This document shows positions 11,971-24,568 of a stretch of 64,000 bases of DNA, one piece after another. A program made the translations under genes and the position numbers. Every line of letters begins with the position of its first letter. Position 1 is the first letter of the stretch. The stretch spans positions 4,278,001 through 4,342,000 of the forward strand of contig NC_043000.1 of NCBI RefSeq assembly GCF_006345805.1, written 5' to 3'. The notes under the pieces were generated by a model. It was not told the origin of the DNA. It worked only from the letters and a program-made list of their open reading frames with translations, and made no database searches. This DNA comes from Octopus sinensis (lineage: Eukaryota).

Positions 11971-12397
11971 CTCTTTTACTTGTTTCAGTCATTTGACTGC
12001 AGCCATGCTGGAGCACTGCCTTCAGTCAAGCAAATCGACCTCGGGACTTATTCTTTGTAAGCTCAGTACTTATTCTATCGGTCTCTTTTGCCGAACAGCT
12101 AAGTTACAGGGACGTAAACACACCAGCATCGGTTGTCAAGCAATGCTAGGGGAACAAACACAGACACACAAACACACACACACACACATACACACACACA
12201 CATATATATATATTATATATATATACATATATACGACAGGCTTCTTTCAGTTTCCGTCGACCAAATCCACTCACAAGGCATTGGCTGGCCCAGGGCTATA
12301 GCAGAAGACACTCGCCCACATGCCACGCAGTGGGACTGAACCCGGAACCATGTGGTTGGTTAGCAAGCTACTTACCACACAGCCACTCCTGTGCCTA
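11971..12397 (-). mobile_element. SINE family A, full length
   Basis: Reverse complement matches 15000-15423. Confidence 0.85.
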
Positions 12398-12570
12398 CCT
12401 GTGTAGTATCTTGAGCAAGTATCTTCTACAAGAGTCCTGGGTTGACCAAAGCTTTGTGAGAGGATTTGGTAGACAGAAACTAAAAGAAGCCTATCATACA
12501 TATATACACATTTATGTATATATATATATGTTTGTATGTATATATGTATGTATGTAGGTATGTATGTATG

Positions 12571-12604
<34 letters not shown>

Positions 12605-12638
12605 TGTATGTATGCATGTATGTATATGTATATATACA

Positions 12639-12675
<37 letters not shown>

Positions 12676-12695
12676 TAAATTAATAGGAGGAGGAA

Positions 12696-13036
12696 GAGAC
12701 TCCCTTTAGTGATGAACGACCATGGAATTGCACCTAGAAAGTTACCCCCCTCCCAGACACAAGTCTGGGCAAGGTTGTTTGTGGAAGGCCAGCAGTTGCC
12801 CATGCATACCAGCCTCTCCTCTCCACACCACTGATGTTATCCAAGGGAAAGGAAAAGGGGCCGATACAGCTTGGCACCAATGATGTCGCAACTCATTTCT
12901 ACAGCTCAGTGAACTGGAGCAACATGAAATAAAGTGTCTTGCTCAAGAACACAGCACGCAGCCCTGTCCGGGAATCGAACTCACAACCTCACGATCGTTA
13001 GCTTGATGCTCTAACCACTGAGCCATGCACCTTCAC
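12696..13036 (-). mobile_element. tRNA-derived SINE (family D); second copy at 21580-21886
   Basis: Minus strand: TGGCTCAGTGGTTAGAGC...GAGTTCGATTCCC (A/B boxes); body shared by both copies. Confidence 0.8.
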
Positions 13037-13129
13037 ATTATTATATATGCACCTTCACATTAAATTATAATTTAGATATATATAATATATATATTATATA
13101 TATTATATATATAGATATATATGAGGCAA

Positions 13130-13882
13130 GCGAAGTCGATATGAACCTCATCCGACGACGACACCCATCCCAACCCCCCATGCTTGCGAAGACATGTTCA
13201 GCGAAATCGAAATCGAAATCGAAACGAATGAACCAGCCAGGATCCCGGCCTGGTGGTACGTAAAAAGCCCTATCCGACTCGGGGCCGTGGCACGTAAAAT
13301 ACTCCATGCGACCGTACGACAGGCACCCATGCCACCCCCTTTGCTTGTGAAGACATGTTGGGGCAAGCGAAATCGAAATCGAATTGAACCAGCCAGGATC
13401 CCTGGTCTGGTGGTACGTAAAAAGCACTATCCGACTCGTGGCCGTGGCACGTAAAATACTCCAATGCGACCGTACGACAGCACCCTTGCCAACCCCCTTT
13501 GCTTGTGAAACTGTTGGGGCAAGCGAAATCGAATCGAATTGAACCAGCCAGGATCCCTGGTCTGGTGTACGTAAAAAGCACTATCCGACTCGTGGCCGAT
13601 GCCAGCACCGCTCGACTGGCTTCCGTGCCGGTGGCACATAAAATACACCAATCTGACCGTGGCCGTTGCCAGCCCCGCCTGGCACCTGTGCAGGGGCACG
13701 TAAAAAGCACCCACTACTCACGGAGTGGTGGCGTTAGGAAGGGCATCCAGCTGTAGAAACATTGCCAAATTAGACTGGAGCCTGGTGCAGCCTTCTGGCT
13801 TCCCATAACCCCGGTCGAACCGTCCAACCCATGCTAGCATGGAGAACGGACGTTAAACGACGATGATGATGATGACGATGAT
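13130..13882 (+). mobile_element. Family B retroposon preceded by three ~157-bp tandem modules
   Basis: AAAAGC(A/C)CTATCCGACTC recurs at ~13263, 13421 and 13576; the element ends in (GAT)n. Confidence 0.75.
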
Positions 13883-14094
13883 ATATATATAATTATTAAT
13901 TTGATATATAAATTGCTTATTTCCATGCTGACTACCTGATAATTATCATTAATGTGATTTTTACCCTTATTTTATGAATATATTTATAAATTTATATAAA
14001 TAAGGATAAGATCATTAAATTAAATATCGATCTAATCAAGTGGCCAGCATGGGAAGAAAAACCTTCAAAGGTAATAATTATTATTAAAATTATA

Positions 14095-14267
14095 ATTTAG
14101 GGTATCTAAGAGATACCACCACGCTGGAAATAGCAGCCAAAATTTGCTTCTAAAACCACATAAAATGTTCATATAGCTCCTGGTGCTGTATGAACATTTA
14201 TGTGGTTTTAGAGAGTCAAATTTTGGCTGGTATTTCCAGCATGGTGGTATGTCTTAAATACTCTAAA
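14095..14267. repeat. Imperfect fold-back (MITE-like); an adjacent weaker fold-back lies at 13921-14055
   Basis: ATACCACCACGCTGGAAATAGCAGCCAAAATTTG pairs with CAAATTTTGGCTGGTATTTCCAGCATGGTGGTAT. Confidence 0.8.
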
Positions 14268-14660
14268 TAATATACATATATATATATATATTATATATAT
14301 ATATGTATGTATACACACACACACACACACATATATATGTATATATACACACTACATACACACATATATATATACATATACATATTGAAAAAATTCGTTA
14401 TAGGTATAAAGACACCATAAACAAGTATAAAAATAGAGAAAAGATGTTAAAATCAAGATTGGATTTAATACATATGAACGTTTCAAAAGGCAATACAAAT
14501 ATGTAAGAAAAAAAAAATAATAATAATAATTATAATTAAAGTTATGTATTGTCATTCCCATCAGTGTGAAGAATTTCAGGAAAAACATCCAAAAAGTTAT
14601 TAATAAAAGTCAATAAGGAAAAACAGATAGGGTAATAGGGAAAAGTCAACCGGATATATA

Positions 14661-14760
14661 TAGATTTCGATCTGTTTTGACCAAAGATTGGTCCAGGCCA
14701 TGTCTAACTTAATAGCACCACCTGATAGGATTACCTAAATCCTTTTTAAGTCAAGTTTTG
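14661..14760 (-). mobile_element. Solo 3'UTR end of the LINE family at 24569-27240
   Basis: Reverse complement matches 27126-27220. Confidence 0.8.
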
Positions 14761-14999
14761 TGGTATCATGGTCCATTCAAGTAGTGAGTTCTTGTTGAGT
14801 GAGTTGTATCTAGGTATAGGTGGCTTATCTGGCTGTAGAAAAAGTCAGCCTCATCAAAATCCATCTAACCCATGCAAGCATGAAAAAGTGGCTAAGTGAT
14901 GATGATGACGACAACGACGTCGATGACATCGACGAGGAGGAGGAGGAAGATGACGAGGAGGATGAGGAACTGTTTAAAATTATTGAAATTTTCTATTCA

Positions 15000-15423
15000 T
15001 AGGCGCAGGAGTGGCTGTGTGGTAAGTAGCTTGCTAACCAACCACATGGTTCCGGGTTCAGTCCCACTGCGTGGCATCTTGGGCAAGTGTTTTCTGCTAT
15101 AGCCCCGGGCCGACCAATGCCTTGTGAGTGGATTTGGTAGACGGAAACTGAAAGAAGCCTGTCTTATATATATGTATATATGTGAGTGTGTATGTGTGTG
15201 TATGTTTGTGTGTCTGTGTTTGTCCCCCTAGCATTGCTTGACAACCGATGCTGGTGTGTTTACGTCCCTGTCACTTAGCGGTTCGGCAAAAGAGACCGAT
15301 AGAATAAGTACTGGGCTTACAAAGAATAAGTCCCGGGGTCGATTTGCTCGACTAAAGGCGGTGCTCCAGCATGGCCGCAGTCAAATGACTGAAACAATAA
15401 AAGAGTAAAAGAGTAAAAGAGTA
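15000..15423 (+). mobile_element. SINE family A, full length
   Basis: TGGCTGTGTGG / GGTTCAGTCCC boxes, internal TA/TG tract, AAAGAGT tail. Confidence 0.9.
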
Positions 15424-15730
15424 GTTGGGTCAACAGTCAAGTATACCATGAAATATTTAGGTGTATGGAGAGGGAGATGAAAATCTGAGTATATGGCTGG
15501 AAGCATAACTGGGTGTATAATTGAAAGAATGGCTTTGAGATACAAAGTCAAGTGCTTTGGTAATTCTGTGAACTTGCTGCCAACAAAACTAATAAGGCAA
15601 AATAAATTCTTTATAAATTGGATAACAAATCGAGGTGTTAAAAGTCACCGTAGCTGTATCAAAGGCCAGAATTGTAAGAAGGTAGGACAACAAGATTGTA
15701 GAACACTTGGGAAAAAGAATTGTAAAATAC

Positions 15731-16837
15731 AAAGTGGTATCAAAAAGTTCCAGAACTAGTTACATTTAATAAAAAATAACTTATCCGAACGTAGGTTGTA
15801 ACTGGCCCACTTATGAGTACCCCTCATTCATTGGACAATGAACTTTGCTTGCAAGGACCTACTGAGGCAAATGTAAACAAATCAAAATCGCTGATGTGGC
15901 CGATGACAGTACCACCTGATTGGCACTTGTGCCAGTGGGACATTAAACGCATATCCGAGCAAGATCGTTGCCAGGGCCACGCATTGGCTCCTGTGCCAGT
16001 GACACATGAAAAGCACCATTTGAGCATGATGTTTCCAGCATCGCCTTACCAGCACATGTGCCAGTGGCACATGAAAAACAACATTTGAGCATGGTGATTG
16101 CCAGTGCCGCCAGACTGGCTCTCTTGCAGGTAGCATGTAAAAACACCTTTTGAGTGTGGTTGTTGCCAGAACAGCCTGACTGGCCCTTGTGCCTGTGGCA
16201 CGTAAAAGCACCCACTACACTCTCAAAGTGGTTGCCGTTAGGAAGGGCATTCAGCTGTAGAAACTTTGCCAGATCAGACTGAGCCTGGTGCAGCCTCTGG
16301 CTCACCAGTCCTCAGTCAAACCGTCCAACCATGCCAGCTTGGAAAGCGGATGTTAAACAACGATGATGTTGATGATGATGATGATGATGAACTTATTTAC
16401 TTAACTTTTAATAGCATCTCTTTTGAAATAGTCACCTTACACAGCACTACACCAGCCCCAGCATTCCTACCACATTTGAAATCTGACCTGGAAATTGTCA
16501 TTCATAAGTGAGCCAAGGATCTTCTGCGATTTGCTCTGGATCTTGACAATGGTGTTAAAACGATGACCTTTGGGCTGCCTTTTCATCTTGAAGTTTAATG
16601 CAAAACCAATTTTAATGCAAAATTTTACATTGCCTTTTTGTCTCAATTTCCTGTCCATGACAAAAATCACAGACTACAGCATACATATAATCACAAAAAC
16701 ACATATTTCCCAACTTGCAAAGTAAACACAGCAATGTTACTCAGAGTTCACTGCTGGCCCTCACTGTGGATGCAACTGTGTGCTGCCATCTGTTGGTGCA
16801 CTACAGAACTAATCCAGGAACTTTTTGATACCACTTT
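15731..16837 (-). mobile_element. Deleted mariner (same family as 10877-11846) carrying a family B insertion (15830-16388)
   Basis: TIRs AAAGTGGTATCAAAAAGTTCC / GGAACTTTTTGATACCACTTT; the minus strand reads KMKRQPKGHRFNTIVKIQ. Confidence 0.7.
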
Positions 16838-17231
16838 ACTCTTTTACTTGTTTCAGTCATTTGACTGTGGCCATGCTGGAGCACCGCCTTTAGTCGAGCA
16901 AATCGACCCCAGGACTTATTCTTTGTAAGACTTATTCTATCGTACTCTTTTGCCGAACCGCTAAGTTACGGGGACATAAACACACCAGTATCGGTTATCA
17001 AGTGATGTTGGGGGGACAAACACAAACACATAAATGTATACACACACACATACATATACATATATACGACGAGCTTCTTTCAGTTTCCGTCTACCAAATC
17101 CACTCACAAGGCTCTGGTTGGCCTGAGGCTATAGTAGAAGACACTTGCCCAAGGTGCCATGCAGTGGAACTGAACCCGGAACCATGTGGTTAGTAAGCAA
17201 GCTACTTACCACACAACCACTCCTATGCCTA
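16838..17231 (-). mobile_element. SINE family A
   Basis: Reverse complement matches 15000-15423. Confidence 0.85.
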
Positions 17232-17259
17232 CACCTTGTGAAATAAAATGGTGGAATGT

Positions 17260-18518
17260 TAACATAGAATATTAGAATTGTAGAATAGTGAGATGGAGGA
17301 ATAAGTAGGTTGGTAGAAAGGTAAATTGGTAAAATAGTAAGTTGATAGAATAATAAATTGATAGAATACTAAAATGATTGAATTGTAAGATGGCAAAATG
17401 ATAGGATGATAAATACTTGGTGATGACTGGTGGCAACTATAATGTTGGTGATGATAATGAGGAGGAGGACAACGATGATGACAATGATGACACTGACAAA
17501 ATGATGATGACATTGGTGGCAAGGTTTAGATGATCATGATGTTGCTGATGATGATGAGGATTATGATGATGATGTGGTGGTGGTGATGGTGGTGGTGGTG
17601 GTGGTAATGATGATGATGATGATGAGGAGGAGGAGGAGGAGGAGGAGGACTACAACGATGACAATGGCAGCAATGATGACAATGACAACAGTGATGGTGC
17701 CTGATGGCAAGGTTTTGACAACGAGGATGTTGTTGTTGCTGTTGCTGTTGTTGTTGTTGTTGTTGTTGTTTATGATGATGATGATGATGATGAAGAACTT
17801 ATACAACATTAACATTAAAAACTACAAGAATAACAACAACAAGAGCTGAAAAAAAACAAAACAATGCGAAATGATGTGCCAAGGTGAATTAATAAAATAT
17901 TTCTATTCTATTAGATTCTAGAATATGACCTCCACATTGAGTTAGGGTCAACAGGAAGTAAATAACTAATTCAAGCACACACACGTAAACATAAAGAAAA
18001 TTATTAAGAAAGAAATAGCATTGTTATTTCATGATTGCTTCCATTTTATTAAAACTACCACCAACACAATTACCATCACGATAATTTTGCCTCCTTCTCT
18101 TCCTCCTCCTCCCCCCCATCATCATCATTGACATAATCATCATCATCCTCATCTTCTTCATATCATCCTCCACACCATCATCATCATCATCTTCACTGTT
18201 GCAATGTTGTCATCATCATCATCATCATCATGACTGCTACCACCATCACCACTACCATTATTGCCGCCACTTCTGCCGCCACCACCACCACCACAATCAT
18301 CATCGTCGTCATCATTATCATCATTGTCATTGTTGTTGTCATCACATCACCACCATTATCATCATCTACATCTTCACCATCATTATCATCATCATCACCA
18401 TCATTATCATCATTTTCACCATCATCCTCATCTTCATCCTCATCATTATCATCAGCAGCAGCATCATCATGACTGCTGCTACCATTACCACTGTTGTTAC
18501 TATATTGGTCACCACCAC

Positions 18519-18556
<38 letters not shown>

Positions 18557-19429
18557 CCATCATCATCGCCAACAACAATATTACCAGCACCACCACTGCC
18601 ATCACTATGCAATAACCCTCTTCCTCATCATCGCCATGATCATCAGCACCATCACTGCCACCACCATCACCACCACCACCACTGCCACCACCACCACCAC
18701 CCACGCATCCGCCTCCTCCTCCTCCTCCTCCTCCTCTTCATCATCATCATCGTCATCGTCGTCGTCGTCGTCGTCATCATCATCATCACATCATCATCAT
18801 CAACATTATGAACAAAACCACCATTCTCAGCAGCAGCAGCACCACCACCACCACCACCGCCAATACAACGATGACGATGACAGCACTGACAATGACAACA
18901 ACAAGATGACAACAACAATGACAGTGATGACAGCAATAGTGACAAGAAGAAGAAGAAGAAGAAGAAGGAAAATAACAATGATGTTGATGATGATGATGAT
19001 GATGCAGAGAAGGATTACGGCCACGATACAGATGATACTGGAGATGATGCGGATGATGCGGATGATGCGGATGCTGGCTGATGTTGACAGAAGAAACTTC
19101 ATCTTAAGTGAAACTACTTTCCAATGAAAGGAAACCAGAGATTATCTCGTTAATCTGGTTCCACGAGATAACGATCCAACACTGACATTGTTATAATATC
19201 TTCCATCTCACAACTCCGGAATGGATTGGGACCAAATCCTGATATAATCCATCTCTTCCATTAAAACTGACATTCCAGGCCTTAGCACTGTTCTAGAATG
19301 TGTCCATCACTTCTCCGCTTCCTCCTCCTCCTCCTCCTCCTCCTCCTCTACTCCTTGCCCCTTTCCTTCCTCATTTTCACTCACACTTTACCTCCTTCTT
19401 TTTTCTTTCCACCTCCTTTCTTTCTTTTT

Positions 19430-19467
<38 letters not shown>

Positions 19468-19698
19468 CCACCTCCTTTCTTTGCTTTTTGCTTGTTTGTT
19501 TGTTTGTTTCTTTCTTTCTTTCCCACCTCCTTTCTTTCTTTTTTCTATCTATCTTTCTTGTCTTTCTTCTATCTTTCTTCTTTTTCCTCTTTCTTTCTTT
19601 TTTCCTTCTCTTTCTTTCTTTTTTCTTTCTCTTTCTTTCTTCTTTCTCTTTCTTTCTTTCTCTTTCTTTTTTGTTTTTTTTTCGCTCTTCTCTTTCTT
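17260..19698. repeat. Mosaic of cryptic trinucleotide microsatellites (GAT, CAT, CAC, GAG, TTG) and a (TTTC)n tract
   Basis: Direct inspection; the ORFs here are homopolymeric artefacts. Confidence 0.9.
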
Positions 19699-19798
19699 NN
19701 NNNNNNNNNNNNNNNNNNNNNNNNNNNNNNNNNNNNNNNNNNNNNNNNNNNNNNNNNNNNNNNNNNNNNNNNNNNNNNNNNNNNNNNNNNNNNNNNNN
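19699..19798. other. Assembly gap (100 N)
   Basis: Run of N. Confidence 1.
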
Positions 19799-20600
19799 AT
19801 TGCAATGCAAAATGTTATTGGCTTCATTGTAGACGAAGAAAACAGAGTTTCTAACAACAGTAACAGATAAAGCAACAAGAGAAGTATTTATTTAAACAGA
19901 GATAACAGATATAGAGTGAAAAAGAGATAGAGAGAGAGAAAGAAGAAGAGCAGATGAGAATTTGTAATTAAAGACTATGTTTATGAAACTCTTGTCAAAA
20001 TATATAGAGTTTGCATCTGTTCGCAGTCAATAACAGAATCCTACCATCTAAACATGAAGTATAAACCATATAACGCGTAGAACAATCAATTAATAATCTG
20101 AATGGCTTATTTCAAACAAGGTTATTTAAATAAAGCACTGTTCTTAATGGAGAAAATTGGAAACATTTATGAAGGTGTCGGCTAAGAAGGAGAACTTAAA
20201 TGTTTTTACTGCTAAAATTTAAAACAATAGCCGAAAGAATGATTAATTTCGAGGAGAAAAACAATACAAAAATATATATTAAAAAAGAGAAAAAAATTGA
20301 AACTTTAATCAGAAAATCACATTTTGTATTTATTTTTTAAATTTTTAATTGATTTTGTCAACGAGAGCTGGTGGAAGAGAACAATAGAATTGTACAGAAT
20401 GGTCTGGACATTGCCTATAGGAATATGTAATGATAGTATAGACACATGTTTGCAATCTTGTTTGCCATACAGACTTACGCACACACATAAGAGTGAGTGT
20501 GTGCGTGTGTGTGAGGGTCTATGTATGCAAACACATATAAATGCGTGTATGAAAATACATACATACATATATGTATATATGTATATATATATATATATAT

Positions 20601-20890
20601 ATCACCTTGATCACCTTGACCGACCAGTCCGTCAGGTGTCCATTTGACACCGCTAGTCACAGTATGCTGTCCACTCCTCTCTGAATCATGCCTTTCTCAT
20701 CCCCGTGATCCCAATCGTCCTTCTGAAATCTTAACTCCACCATCATGGAGGCCTTCCGGATGGTTGTTTCCGCTCGCGCGGGTACCACTCGACAACTGCG
20801 CGGTCCACCGATTATCGGTGAGCCGGGCAACGTGTCCAGCCCATCTAAACTTGCTGTGTGTATACTCTGCTATGACATCCCTCACGCCGG
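20601..20890 (-). mobile_element. 3' fragment of RTE-clade LINE
   Basis: KFRWAGHVARLTDNRWT is the typical RTE RT C-terminal motif; short tandem tail (TCAAGGTGA)n. Confidence 0.8.
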
Positions 20891-21025
20891 AGAAAAAAAA
20901 GATATATATGTATATATAATATATATATTCATATATATATATACATACATAAGATATATAATATGCATATTCATATATATATATATATATATGCATATTC
21001 ATATATATATATATATATATATATA

Positions 21026-21503
21026 CGTAAAAAGCACTATCCGACTCGTGGCCGATGCCAGCGCCGCCTCCACTGGCTTCCGTGCCGGTGGCATGTAAAA
21101 TACTCCAATCCGACTGTACGACAGGCATCCATGCCAACCCCCTTTGCTTGTGAAGACATGTTGGGGCAAGCAAAATCGAAATCGAATTGAACCAGCCAGG
21201 ACCCCTGGACTGGTGGTATGTAAAAAGCACTATCCGACTCGTGGCCGATGGCACATAAAATACACCAATCCGACCGTGGCTGTTGCCAGCCTTGCCTGGC
21301 ACCTGTGCAGGTGGCACGTAAAAAGCACCCACTACACTCACGGAGTGGTTGGCGTTAGGAAGGGCATCCAGCTGTAGAAACATTGCCAGATAAGACTGGA
21401 GCCTGGTGCAGCCTTCTGGCTTCCCAGATCCCCGGTCGAACCGTCCAACCCATGCTAGCATGGAGAACGGACGTTAAACGATGATGATGATGATGATGAT
21501 GAT
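21026..21503 (+). mobile_element. Family B retroposon with two upstream modules
   Basis: Similar to 13130-13882; (GAT)n tail. Confidence 0.75.
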
Positions 21504-21527
21504 ATATACATAAGATATATAATATGC

Positions 21528-21566
<39 letters not shown>

Positions 21567-21902
21567 TATATATACATGCTGAGACCCCCTTCGGTCATGA
21601 ATGACCATGGGAAAGTTACCCTCCCAGGCACAAGTACGGGTAAGTTTGTTTATGGAAGGCCAGCAGCCGCCCATGCATACCAGTCTCCCCTCTCCACACC
21701 ACCAGTGTTATCCAAGGGAAAAGCAAAGGCCGATACTGCTTGTCATCTGTGACATCGCAACTCAATTCTACAGCTGAGTGAACTGGAGCAATATCAAATA
21801 AAGTGTCTTGCTCAAGAACACAACATGCAGCTTGGTCCGGGATTCAAACTCACAACCTCACGATCGTAAGCTTGACGTTCTAACCACATATATACAAATA
21901 TG

Positions 21903-21938
<36 letters not shown>

Positions 21939-21939
<1 letters not shown>

Positions 21940-22244
21940 TAGCAGTATCGCCCGGCGTTGCTCGGGTTTGTAAGGGAAATAACTATATAAGCATTTTTAG
22001 AGAGTTACTTCCCTTATATAAAACCGAGCGAAAAATGTATTAGAAATGCGGAAAAATGATGGTAAATTTTTTTTAAATCGTAGACTCATTGTAGACGTGC
22101 ACTAATACCCAGAAGGGCTCGATATGAATCACGACTATAAGATACCCGCTTTTGGTTAAACTGCACCGCAAAATGTGGGAGTAGTTAGGAATCTAAATCG
22201 AAGGGGACAGACACTCCACACAACTACAGTTTTATATATAAAGA
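21939..22244 (-). mobile_element. Non-autonomous Helitron
   Basis: Minus strand: A|TC 5' end, subterminal hairpin CCCGAGCAACGCCGGG, CTAG|T 3' end. Confidence 0.8.
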
Positions 22245-22640
22245 TATATTTCTATGGAGTTAAGCATATGTCCGGTCATAGAGTGACCAATGGTTTTGAA
22301 TCCATAGAAGGCTTAGCCCCATGGACAACATGGTTCAGCCCATTATGGATGCAAAACCATTGGTCACTCTGTGATCAGACCCATACCTAACTGCATATAA
22401 ATACATTACTGCTCTATGCTTTAGAGTGAGCTTCTTTTTCAGATACATGATATTACTGATGATATATATATGTATATATATATATAGTGTATGAGAGGTA
22501 TTGGTGTCATGAAGACCCAATAGTGTCAGGTAATATTGAGTAAATGCTATGGACAGACTAGTTAAGCTCCAGGTTTGATGATGATACGAATGAGGAGTCC
22601 AACACAGGTCATATATTAGCAGGCATATATATATGTAAAT

Positions 22641-22901
22641 TAACAGAATGAGATAAAATATTCAAGAGAAGGTCTTACAGCTGTTTCTGGGATATTTTAT
22701 AAATCCCTTCATCAGATACTGTGCGAGAAAATGTTTAAGTAATAGTTATTATAGAGAAGATAATAACTATTACTTAAACATTTTCTTGCACTGTCTCTGA
22801 TGAAGGGATATATAAAATATCTCAGAAACAACTATAAGACCTTCTCTTTATAAATGTTCTGAAAACTTTCACAGACTTCGACTTTTTATCTCATTCTGTT
22901 A
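22641..22901. repeat. Fold-back element carrying hammerhead motifs on both strands (22672-22719 -, 22793-22840 +)
   Basis: GTCT-CTGATGA-AGGGATAT...ATATC(C/T)CA-GAAAC-AGCT-GTA-AGAC; the + copy has AACT-ATA and the - copy has one stem I mismatch. Confidence 0.8.
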
Positions 22902-23675
22902 ATATATATATATGTGTGTTGTAATAATGATACAAAACCAAATAATCATATTTTTGAAAGCATTTAATACACGTGTCAGATCTAGATGATATATATTAAG
23001 AAATGCATTCTGTTACATAAGACCTTCTTCAGTTAATACATTTCAAAGCAAAACATGAAATATGGAAATGAACAACATTCCCCCAAAGTCATCAGCTTAA
23101 AAATTGTTAAGAGATTTTTCGTGTTTGCATGTATATATAGCAAGATGAAGAGATAAACAGACAGACAGACAGACAGACAGATAGATAGTTAGATGGATAG
23201 ATATTCATTATTCATATTACCTTCTTAGTCTTTTATATTTAGTGTGTAACGATAACATTAAATCCATTAGTCTAGCATTTCAAGACATTCACAATCTCAT
23301 TTACAAATTGAACTCTTGCAACGGTATTTAGTTTATATGATCTGCAGTATGTCATAAAGAATCTTGGTAATAATTCTATAGCTGATAGATTCTTCATCGC
23401 TAGATTTAAAATTATATGATGATAAATCTTGCTAGGTTTCATGCTATCATGATGTGTTTATTTTATGTGGGATTATATTTGTGTGTTTAATTTAAATTGT
23501 ATTTTGCTGCTAGTAAAGTTTCAGTAATTATTCTTATTTTTGTGGAGTTTCATATAAAACTGTAGAACTGTCAACCAGCATTTTTTTTTTCAGAACGAAG
23601 AAATAAGAGTAATAAGGAAATATTAAGAATACTGAAAAAAGAAGATCAAACTTAAACACACACATGTATGTAGTT

Positions 23676-23746
<71 letters not shown>

Positions 23747-23809
23747 AATATTATTAGTGAATTAAAGAAATGGAGTTGAACGAAGATGAACAGAAATCGT
23801 TTTATTGCA

Positions 23810-23889
23810 TTCTACACGTGTTTCGAAAGGCACAATTTACCAAATTCCGATTGAATAATGAGACCATATTGTGTCTTTCTCTTCAGGAA
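23810..23889 (-). ncRNA. Type I hammerhead motif, left arm
   Basis: Reverse complement of the 24069-24148 motif. Confidence 0.75.
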
Positions 23890-24068
23890 GAAATAGGAAA
23901 TCCGTTGGAAAAAACAAAAACAGAACAGAGGTGGAGCAAAACAAATCGAACTAGGCTCCTAAGAGCCCATGGCCAAACAGTTTGGCCATGGGCTCTTAGG
24001 AGCCTAGTTCGATTTGTTTTGCTCCACCTCTGTTCTGTTTTTGTTTTTTCCAACGGATTTCCTATTTC

Positions 24069-24148
24069 TTCCTGAAGAGAAAGACACAATATGGTCTCAT
24101 TATTCAATCGGAATTTGGTAAATTGTGCCTTTCGAAACACGTGTAGAA
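24069..24148 (+). ncRNA. Type I hammerhead motif with intact core, right arm
   Basis: TTC-CTGAAGA(24072-78)-GAAAG...CTTTC-GAAAC(24134-38)-ACGT-GTA(24143-45)-GAA. Confidence 0.75.
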
Positions 24149-24434
24149 TGCAATAAAACGATTTCTGTTCAATCTTCGTTCAACTCCATTTCTTCAATTC
24201 ACTAATAATATTAAAATTCAATTATCCGCACCAACGCACGGTTGCAACACCATATGGTTGTACCTCCAACCGTGCTGTCTTCTGCTGTGATTTTTGCTAC
24301 CAAGGTATCGGTTAAACTTTTGATTAATCTGCAACAAGATTATTCATCTTTCTATTTCACAAAATATATATATATATATACACACACATACACCTATATG
24401 TATCTATTCATCTACATATATATGTGTGTGTGTG

Positions 24435-24556
<122 letters not shown>

Positions 24557-24568
24557 TACACACACACA

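Larger units (their letters stand above)
23746..24213. repeat. Near-perfect 468-bp palindrome centred on 23979 (PLE-derived)
   Basis: Arms are reverse complements except for one substitution and a 1-nt indel seen by eye. Confidence 0.95.

Noticed and set aside
19090-19290. Protein-like stretch NSAKAWNVSFNGRDGLYQDLVPIHSG on the minus strand
   Set aside because: Short, closed by stops and lacking a polypyrimidine acceptor upstream.
17561-19878. Many homopolymeric ORFs, some spanning the N gap
   Set aside because: Simple-repeat artefacts; the gap makes continuity meaningless.
23770-24140. Mirror-image ORFs on both strands
   Set aside because: A consequence of the palindrome; no protein-family features.
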